Source of the DNA: Promethearchaeum syntrophicum
GTDB taxonomy: Archaea > Asgardarchaeota > Lokiarchaeia > Sigyniarchaeales > Promethearchaeaceae
Length of the DNA stretch: 32,000 nucleotides
NCBI RefSeq assembly: GCF_008000775.2
Contig: NZ_CP042905.2
Coordinates: 570,001-602,000 of the forward strand
Reading direction: 5' to 3'
The notes beneath the pieces are model-generated. The model searched no databases, was not told the DNA's origin, and saw nothing but the letters and a program-made list of their open reading frames with translations. Within the stretch, counting starts at the first letter, position 1; each line of letters opens with the position of its first letter. Below are positions 8,018-14,561 of this stretch, in pieces. Both the position numbers and the translations under genes were made by a program.

Positions 8018-9577
8018 TTATTTTCGCGTAGATGTGTGCTTGTCTTGATATTTTGACTTCCGAATGAGCCGTTTAAAGCCATGCACAAGATGATACTTAC
8101 TCGTGCTATTCAGTAAATCGGAATTTGTCACCAAAAGCTTGGAGATGTTTCGTCTTAAAGCTCGGGTACGGTGACTTTCAAGAAGAGTCCCTTGATTTGT
8201 AAGATGCTTCTGGAGACGTGCTCGTTTCTTTTCCATAGTCTCATGATAGGGATCATACTGCCGAATTCCGGTCAACATTCCGAATACTATCCGACTATAC
8301 TTAAACGCAACCTTCATCATAGCTTTCTTGAAGGGAAGTTTACGGAGGAGCAGTTGTTTGTACGCATAAGCCCCAATATCTGTGTTACGATCCGGACGGC
8401 TCAAAATGATTGCAGCTGCTTGCGAGAGGGCAGAACGTAAATGTTTATTCGTGAAGCGGTTAACATGGCCCTTGGAGCGAAATGTCCCGCTTTGTTCCAC
8501 TGTAGGAACCACACCGCAGAATTTGCTGAATGCATCGGCGGTGCGGAAGCGAGAATAATTTCCTACCTCCGTGAGGATGGTGAGTACGGTCACCGCATTG
8601 AATCCAGGGATAAAACAGAGCTGTTCGTAGTGGGTACGAAGCGTGGGATGGTTCAACACATATGTTTCGGCTTCTTTCAATAAGATAGCTGCGGCTGCTT
8701 GGGATTCCAAGAGGCGTATGACTTCCACTTGCAAAAGAAAGCATTGAGGTTCCGTGAGTCGGACTTCAGCATGAGGAACTATCTCGGTTGCTTGTCGTTC
8801 TAACACTCTTCCCTGACCATTAGTTTTTAATTCTGCAAGGAATTCTTCGTAGACCTCCCCCAAAGGACGGGATTGGGCAATGTAACGATCCAAGAGTTGG
8901 AGACCCCACTCCGTGTTCAAGTTAAAACTGAATTTCTGATTAGCCAGATGGAGGTGTCGATGGATACGGTTTTTGCAGGTAGTAGTCTGGGTTCTTGTGC
9001 GATGATAGGACCGCATATAGTCCCTTACAGTAAAGAATTCGGGACTTCCCACATAACTTGGGCGTAAAATTCGCTCATAAAACGCTAAATTGGACAATGT
9101 CCGGGCATCAGCTCGATCACTTTTCGTTCCTAAATCTGCAATCCGATTGTGGACTAACAGGGGATTCATGGCAATGAGAAATTCCCTACGAGATGGAAAG
9201 CGTTGTTGAAGTGTTTGATATAAGGCCACGTGGTAAACGCCTGTGCACTCCATCAGAATGGTTGCTTTTGCTTGATAAGGACGCAGAAATCGACATAATT
9301 CTTCCACCCCTTGATGGTGGTTGCGGAAAGTATGTTCACGGATCACCAAGGTTTCTCCAGAAGGAAGGCGTCCGCTCATGCAGAGGGCAATCGAGTCTTT
9401 ATGCACATCCAATCCAATTCCAAAGGCGGTGACTTCTTTGAGGACTTTCACCACTTCCGGATTTCTTGGGGTACGTCGAATACGCTCGATCGAAGGTTTT
9501 TTTTGCTTTGCTGAAATCATTTTATTCACCGAATTCACTGTGATTGAATTCGCGTACATGGCAGGGTGTGTTCGCAT
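8018..9577 (-). CDS. IS110-family transposase/recombinase (DEDD RuvC-like N-domain plus Ser-containing Tnp C-domain)
   Basis: GIGLDVHKDSIAL (first Asp). ILMECTGVYH (Glu). GTKSDRADARTL (Asp pair). IPGFNAVTVLTILTEVGNYSRF...FCGVVPTVEQSGTFRSKGHVNRFTNKHLRSAL (HhH plus catalytic Ser motif). GGAGGT lies 8 nt upstream of the ATG at 9577. At 519 aa it is long for the family, with N- and basic C-terminal extensions. An alternative start exists at 9520. Confidence 0.92.
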   Translation of the reverse strand: MRTHPAMYANSITVNSVNKMISAKQKKPSIERIRRTPRNPEVVKVLKEVTAFGIGLDVHKDSIALCMSGRLPSGETLVIREHTFRNHHQGVEELCRFLRPYQAKATILMECTGVYHVALYQTLQQRFPSRREFLIAMNPLLVHNRIADLGTKSDRADARTLSNLAFYERILRPSYVGSPEFFTVRDYMRSYHRTRTQTTTCKNRIHRHLHLANQKFSFNLNTEWGLQLLDRYIAQSRPLGEVYEEFLAELKTNGQGRVLERQATEIVPHAEVRLTEPQCFLLQVEVIRLLESQAAAAILLKEAETYVLNHPTLRTHYEQLCFIPGFNAVTVLTILTEVGNYSRFRTADAFSKFCGVVPTVEQSGTFRSKGHVNRFTNKHLRSALSQAAAIILSRPDRNTDIGAYAYKQLLLRKLPFKKAMMKVAFKYSRIVFGMLTGIRQYDPYHETMEKKRARLQKHLTNQGTLLESHRTRALRRNISKLLVTNSDLLNSTSKYHLVHGFKRLIRKSKYQDKHTSTRK

Positions 9578-9585
9578 CCTGCCAT

Positions 9586-9940
9586 ACCTCCTTTTAGGTC
9601 TTTTCTTACCCTCAAGGACACGGTGTCATTTCCCCCCCTCTTAGTGATCGTCCGGCTGCGGTCTCGGTTCCTCCCGTGGGTGAAAAAACCCGAAGGATTG
9701 CATCAGCTGCACAGGGGATAGCCGAAATTTCGTGGCATGGGGTTCCCCCTTCGAACGAGCTGTTGCGGTGCTGAGTTCCCACCTGCTCGCCAAGAGGCAA
9801 ACATCCCAATATCTCTGAAAGATTGCTTGACCCTGAGAACCTCCTCCACCAATTTTCGATGAAAGGGTTCCCCACGCGCGGAATGACATACTTTTTTTCG
9901 ATGTGCCTGGTTCAAGACACATAAATTATTAATTGTTCTC
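9586..9940 (-). ncRNA. Candidate bridge RNA encoded in the IS110 left end (extent uncertain, may reach ~9985)
   Basis: ~355 nt directly 5' of the recombinase SD, about 50-55% GC, with no credible ORF (three overlapping - strand frames are open only because stops are rare). Helices found by eye are listed in + strand coordinates. Hairpin at 9901-9922. A three-tier stem spans 9700-9766: GCAACAGC/GCTGATGC encloses AGGGG/CCCCT, which encloses GCC/GGC, with internal loops of 8/5 nt and 9/3 nt. The position matches that of bridge RNAs in IS110-group elements. Confidence 0.45.
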
Positions 9941-10231
9941 CAATCACATTCGGGGGAGTTGGTGTTGATATGACTCCGTGATAATTATTTTGTCGACTTC
10001 CTTTATAAAAATTTGGAGAATGGCTTGTACCGTAAACTTCATGGCTGAAAGTATCTTATACCGTAAACTTGCAATCTCAATGGAGGCGAAGGGGGGTCTT
10101 TTGACAGAAAATATCCTAAAATTAACTAGAGAAAGAGTAAACGAATGTGATTGGAAGAGATCAGAATCATATCTCAAAGAAAAAGCATTGTAGAATGAAA
10201 GAAAAAAGAAAATAAAAAAATGTCACGAAAA

Positions 10232-11563
10232 TTATTTGGCTTCTAGAAATTCATCTGCCATTTTTTCCCCTTTTTCAATATCTACAAAATAGAGGATAAT
10301 TCCTCCAAGAATGAATAAGGATAAAACAGAAAGAATTCCATAACGTACATTTCCAGTTATATCAGATATATATGCCATAAGTGCTGGCCCTATAACTGCT
10401 GCAAATTTTCCAAGCATATTGAAAAAACCATAAAATTGTGCTGCCTTTGCTTTTGGAATTAGCCTTGAATATAAACTTCTACTTAATGCTTGTATCCCTC
10501 CTTGGAAACATCCTATAAGAAAAGCCAATGCATAAAAATGCCATTGTTGAGCCATAAATGCCCCTAATAGAGTTATACATCCATAAGCAATGATTGCAAC
10601 TAGAATTGCCTTTTTTACTCCAATTTTTTTAGCAAAAAGGTTATACAGTAAAGTTCCTGGGAAAGCGACAAATTGTACCATTAATAATGCAATTATTAAT
10701 GATTCTCCAGTAAAACCAAGTTCTGTACCGTAAGCAACAGCCATTCTGATTATAGTGTCCACTCCATCAATGTAAAACCAATAACCCAATAAAAATAGTC
10801 CAACATATTTTAAATGTTTAATATCACGGAATGTTTCTGCTAATTGTTGTAAACCTTCTTTAATTGCTTTCCTAAAAGTCATACCACTTTCAGTTTTAGA
10901 TTCTTTAACAAATAAAATAATCGGTATGGAGAAAACAGCCCACCAAATTGCTACACTAAGAAAAGATACTTTAATAGCCTGTGCCTCGTCAACAAATCCA
11001 AATGTTTCAGGCATTAAATACCATACAACATTTAACACAAACAACAATCCTCCTCCAATGTAACCTAAACTAAATCCTAAAGATGATACATAATCAATCT
11101 TCCTTTCAGAGGCCACTGAGGGTAAAAGTGAGTCATAAAATATGTTAGCTCCAGAAAATCCAATTGTTCCTAAGATATAAAGTGCAACTGCCCATTGCCA
11201 AAGACCAGCGGCAACAAAATTTAAACCCCCAGTTGTCAAAATACCTAATATTGCAAAAGTAAATAGAAATTTCTTCTTTCCAGACATTCTATCCGCGATC
11301 GCGCCAAGAAATGGTGCTAATATTGCCACAATAATAGATGCTATTGAGTTACTATAACCTAAAACAGTGATCGCATTTCCAGAAGCCCAATAACTTTCAA
11401 AAAATAATGGGAAAAAACCAGCCATGACTGTAGTTGCAAATGCAGAATTTGCCCAATCATAAAAAGACCATGATAAGATCGATTTTTTACTATCTATTGC
11501 TGATTGTAATTGTAAATTTTCTTCATTAGTTTTAACATCGTCTGATTCAATATGTTCACCCAT
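10232..11563 (-). CDS. MFS transporter, UMF1/Atg22-like family
   Basis: About 12 TM segments. The N-terminal SWSFYDWANSAFATTVMAGFFPLFF signature is typical of UMF1-type MFS proteins. Confidence 0.8.
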   Translation of the reverse strand: MGEHIESDDVKTNEENLQLQSAIDSKKSILSWSFYDWANSAFATTVMAGFFPLFFESYWASGNAITVLGYSNSIASIIVAILAPFLGAIADRMSGKKKFLFTFAILGILTTGGLNFVAAGLWQWAVALYILGTIGFSGANIFYDSLLPSVASERKIDYVSSLGFSLGYIGGGLLFVLNVVWYLMPETFGFVDEAQAIKVSFLSVAIWWAVFSIPIILFVKESKTESGMTFRKAIKEGLQQLAETFRDIKHLKYVGLFLLGYWFYIDGVDTIIRMAVAYGTELGFTGESLIIALLMVQFVAFPGTLLYNLFAKKIGVKKAILVAIIAYGCITLLGAFMAQQWHFYALAFLIGCFQGGIQALSRSLYSRLIPKAKAAQFYGFFNMLGKFAAVIGPALMAYISDITGNVRYGILSVLSLFILGGIILYFVDIEKGEKMADEFLEAK

Positions 11564-11635
11564 ATTATGAATTCTGCGTTATTCTTTTTTAATTCTTTGA
11601 TAAAATATTTTTTTTTAATAATAATATTGTAAAAA

Positions 11636-12178
11636 TTACAGAAATTCCTTGTCTATCTTAATTTTAATATTACTTTTCTTTTCAGTAGCCCCTTGCTTTT
11701 CTTTTCGCTTATCTTTCAAATAGGGAATTAATTTTTTGAGGCTGATACTAATTATAGCAATACTACCCGCTATGATTATTATCCAAATTGCATATGTAGG
11801 AGATACAAAATCTTTGAAAATTGTTTTCGTATAAGTGGTTCCTATATTATCTTTTCCAACTAGTGTTATATTCATTAATCCAAATGGATATTCTTCTGTT
11901 TTGAAACGAAATTCGAGTTCATTTCCAGATTCAAAGTCTTCTTGAGTTCCATTAAAAAAAAGTGTTAAATTTACAATATAATCTGGACCCGAACCCGTTA
12001 TCTTAAAATCCCCTTCAATTTTATCCCCATCAAGAGAAGTTGTTCCAACAATTTTTGAAACTCTTAGGAATAAAACTTCTTCATCTTGGCCGTTAGCATT
12101 CATAATAACTGAATTTAAAGAAAAAAGCAGAATAAAAGTGAAAATAATTAATGAATATTTATGTTTATTCGATTTCAT
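11636..12178 (-). CDS. Small surface protein: signal peptide, beta-rich ectodomain, C-terminal TM anchor (paralog 1)
   Basis: 180 aa with an N-terminal hydrophobic signal. Conserved QDEEVLFL, GDKIEG, GSGPD, NLTL.FNG and GLMNITL blocks are shared with 12306-12848. NxT sequons are conserved. TM segment plus a basic tail. Confidence 0.7.
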   Translation of the reverse strand: MKSNKHKYSLIIFTFILLFSLNSVIMNANGQDEEVLFLRVSKIVGTTSLDGDKIEGDFKITGSGPDYIVNLTLFFNGTQEDFESGNELEFRFKTEEYPFGLMNITLVGKDNIGTTYTKTIFKDFVSPTYAIWIIIIAGSIAIISISLKKLIPYLKDKRKEKQGATEKKSNIKIKIDKEFL

Positions 12179-12205
12179 TTCACTTAAAATTAATCATTGA
12201 AAAGC

Positions 12206-12236
12206 CAAAAACCTTTGGAAAAATTGATATCAAGCA
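12206..12236 (-). promoter_or_regulatory. Conserved 5' leader/operator block upstream of paralog 1
   Basis: The 21-nt block CAAAAACCTTTGGAAAAATTG is identical to 12874-12894, then (A/G)TA(T/A)CAAGCA follows. It contains the CCAAA-AACC-TTTGG inverted repeat and lies 28-58 nt upstream of the start codon. Confidence 0.4.
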
Positions 12237-12305
12237 TTTACTGAATGAAAATTCTTCAAACATTGTTCTTTGATAATTCTCTGATTAAGAAAGTATAAAT
12301 TATAT

Positions 12306-12848
12306 TTATTTACGAAATTTCTTATCTATAACAATTTTAATTTTGTTTTTCTTCTCAGCAAAGCTTTGCTTTTTATCTTTCATTTCTTTTCTATCAGAAA
12401 TTATTTTTAATATTACAATCGCACCAATAAAAGTAATTACACCCGATAAGATTACAATCCAACTTCCAACTTTTGGTGAAATAAATTCTTTGAAAATTGC
12501 TTTTTCATAAAATAATCCTTCACTATCTTCTCCTATCAGCGTAATATTCATTAAACCTAAAGAATAATTTTTTGTATAAAACTGAAATATGAGATGATTA
12601 TCAGATTCAAATGCAACTTTAACTCCGTTAAATAACAATGTTAAATTTAAAATAAAATCAGGACCAGAGCCGTTTATTGTAAAAATTCCCTCTATTTTAT
12701 CCCCAATTACCGCTCCGTCATCTCTCAGAATTTCTAAGAATAAGACTTCTTCATCTTGGGCATTAATGTTCAAAATTACTGAAATGAAAGAAATGAGAAG
12801 AATAAAAATGAACATAATTAGAGAATGTTTATGCTTTAAAGGTTTCAT
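12306..12848 (-). CDS. Small surface protein (paralog 2, tandem duplicate)
   Basis: Same length (180 aa) and architecture as 11636-12178. Roughly half of the positions are identical by eye. Confidence 0.7.
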   Translation of the reverse strand: MKPLKHKHSLIMFIFILLISFISVILNINAQDEEVLFLEILRDDGAVIGDKIEGIFTINGSGPDFILNLTLLFNGVKVAFESDNHLIFQFYTKNYSLGLMNITLIGEDSEGLFYEKAIFKEFISPKVGSWIVILSGVITFIGAIVILKIISDRKEMKDKKQSFAEKKNKIKIVIDKKFRK

Positions 12849-12873
12849 TTTGTTAAAAATATCATATTAAATT

Positions 12874-12904
12874 CAAAAACCTTTGGAAAAATTGGTAACA
12901 AGCA
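12874..12904 (-). promoter_or_regulatory. Conserved 5' leader/operator block upstream of paralog 2
   Basis: Second copy of the 21-nt identical block (see 12206-12236), at the same distance from its start codon. Confidence 0.4.
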
Positions 12905-13007
12905 ATATTAGAACGAAATTTCATCAATATCGTTCTCAAATACTTTTTTGGATGCTAAAAAACTGAAACATTTTAATGGTATTTTTGACAGATTAATATG
13001 ATCAAAA

Positions 13008-13469
13008 ATGGTTCGAATGTCGTATGTAACTTATAATTGCCCAACATGTCAAATGAGGAGACAAGCGGGAGGGACAATACCACCACTTTGTCCGGCTTGT
13101 GGGAAAGTTATTTGTCATGTTTGTGGAGAAAAAGACTTGTGTCCCACATGTTATAATTATGTGACTCCAGAAGAAATGGCGTATTATGATTCTGTCTGTA
13201 ATTCAGCAAAACAACTTAAAGCTCTAGTTGCAGTTAAGCCAGGATTGTGCTGTGGAATTACATTTTTATTATTAGGTATTACACTAATAGCTTCACCCAC
13301 AGGTATCTTAGAAATCGGAATAATACTTGCCATTTTAGGTGGACTTTTAACATTATTTTTATTTCCAATGAATCTAATGAACGATCGGAAATGGAAAGAT
13401 TATTATAAAAGAAAAGATGATGCCTTTAGAAGCCTTGTTGCAAAAATCAAACAAAGACGGATGCATTGA
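13008..13469 (+). CDS. Zinc-ribbon membrane protein
   Basis: The N-terminus has four CxxC pairs (CPTC, CPAC, CHVC, CPTC). Two TM helices and a basic tail follow. Confidence 0.55.
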   Translation: MVRMSYVTYNCPTCQMRRQAGGTIPPLCPACGKVICHVCGEKDLCPTCYNYVTPEEMAYYDSVCNSAKQLKALVAVKPGLCCGITFLLLGITLIASPTGILEIGIILAILGGLLTLFLFPMNLMNDRKWKDYYKRKDDAFRSLVAKIKQRRMH

Positions 13470-13522
13470 AATTAATTCTATGATTTTTTTTTTTGAAATT
13501 TATTAAAGAAGGAATAGATTTT

Positions 13523-14515
13523 TTAAATTAAAGTTAATAAATCGCTTATAGCTTCATTCATTGGCTTATTTTCATGTAAAACTTTGTAAATTTGTGTTGT
13601 AAGTGGCAGATCGATATTATTCTGTTGAGCAAAATGATGAATAGATTTAGCCGCCCAAACTCCTTCTGAGACCATTCCATGCATTTCTATTTTTATTTGC
13701 GCGAATGTTTTTCCTTGTGCAAGTTTTTCACCATATGATCGATTTCTCGATAGTTTTGATGAACAAGTTGCTATTAAATCTCCAATTCCCGCTATTCCAA
13801 AAAAAGTTTTACGCGCGCAACCAAAATGTTTTCCAATTCTGTTCATCTCAGTAAGTCCGAGTGTAATAATACTACCTTTAGTATTATCTCCTAATTTCAA
13901 TCCATCACAAACGCCTATTGCAATTGCTGTAATATTTTTTACTGCACCACAGATTTCAATTCCGCGTTCATCGAAAATCGCATAAGGTTTAAAATAATTG
14001 GTTTGGAAAATTGCTACTAATTCAGGAAGGATCTCTTCATGAATGGAAGCAATAACAGTGCCTGTAGGGAATTCTCGAGCAACTTCACTGGAGAGGTTTG
14101 GTCCTGACAAAGCGGCAATTTTCACATTTTTAGGAAGAATTTCTCTTAAAACTTCGGACATTAGTTTGAAGGTGTCATACTCTAATCCTTTAGCAACGGT
14201 AACTAATTTATATTCTTTTTTTTGAGAGAAGAATGGAAGAATTTGATTAGCAATATTACGAACAAATGTAGAAGGTACAGCGAAAATAATTATATCTGCA
14301 TTAGGGATGACGTCATTAAAATCAGTGAAGGCAAATAAATTATCTGAGAGATATATTCCCGGAAGAAATTGTATATTAATATGGTTTAAATTAATAGATT
14401 CTACAGTTTCTTTTTCATAACTCCAAATTTTAACTGCATAACCTTTTTTTGCAAGGAGATTTGCTAGAGTCGTTCCCCACCCTCCTGCACCAATAACCGA
14501 AATTTGGGTATCCAT
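13523..14515 (-). CDS. gpsA: NAD(P)H-dependent glycerol-3-phosphate dehydrogenase
   Basis: N-terminal Rossmann motif VIGAGGWGTTLANLLAKKG. Conserved GLKLGDNTKGSIITLGLTEMNRIG and SRNRSYGEKL blocks are typical of GpsA. Length 330 aa. Confidence 0.9.
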   Translation of the reverse strand: MDTQISVIGAGGWGTTLANLLAKKGYAVKIWSYEKETVESINLNHINIQFLPGIYLSDNLFAFTDFNDVIPNADIIIFAVPSTFVRNIANQILPFFSQKKEYKLVTVAKGLEYDTFKLMSEVLREILPKNVKIAALSGPNLSSEVAREFPTGTVIASIHEEILPELVAIFQTNYFKPYAIFDERGIEICGAVKNITAIAIGVCDGLKLGDNTKGSIITLGLTEMNRIGKHFGCARKTFFGIAGIGDLIATCSSKLSRNRSYGEKLAQGKTFAQIKIEMHGMVSEGVWAAKSIHHFAQQNNIDLPLTTQIYKVLHENKPMNEAISDLLTLI

Positions 14516-14561
14516 GAATGTAAATAAAAAAAATAAAAAATTGAATAAAAACCATTTAGTT

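Larger units (their letters stand above)
7970..9990 (-). mobile_element. IS110-family insertion sequence (ends approximate)
   Basis: Abrupt composition shift. Hand counts give 45% GC (8401-8460) and 55% (9661-9720), against 18% (7861-7920) in the flank. The element has a single DEDD/Ser recombinase ORF, a long non-coding 5' end, a very short 3' end (~45 nt) and no obvious long terminal inverted repeats. This matches IS110 architecture. Confidence 0.85.

Noticed and set aside
9595-9602. 8-mer AAGACCTA in the left-end RNA is complementary to the - strand right-end hairpin region (+ strand 7977-7984), a possible donor guide
   Set aside because: My estimate is about one 8-mer match by chance between a 400-nt and a 100-nt sequence on both strands. 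This is not evidence on its own without defined ends.
8171-9644. Multiple + strand ORFs (8171-8440, 8441-8683, 8873-9067, 9193-9432, 9311-9514, 9321-9644) and the - strand ORF 8460-8744 inside the transposase gene
   Set aside because: They lie antisense or out of frame within a gene that has clear IS110 motifs. Long spurious frames are expected where GC is ~50% and stop codons are rare.
9612-9922. Three overlapping - strand ORFs (87, 93 and 70 aa) in the IS left end
   Set aside because: All three phases are open over the same stretch. The translations are low-complexity (Gly/Arg/Pro/Ser-rich), with no SD/start logic. This is more consistent with GC-rich structured non-coding RNA than with coding sequence.
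7944-10015. Possible terminal inverted repeat CAAATT..AAAGGAAG (7944-7959) versus CTTCCTTT..AATTTG (9997-10015) around the IS
   Set aside because: Only an 8-mer plus a 6-mer of low-complexity AT/purine-rich sequence match. This is expected by chance within ~100-nt search windows, and IS110 elements typically lack terminal inverted repeats.
9978-10193. Small ORF (71 aa from GTG, 57 aa from the ATG at 10020) and the antisense ORF 9944-10177 next to the IS
   Set aside because: No motif, and the SD spacing is poor (GGAGA abuts the ATG). It contains a phase-shifted DNA repeat. It cannot be distinguished from a chance ORF, so it is left unannotated.
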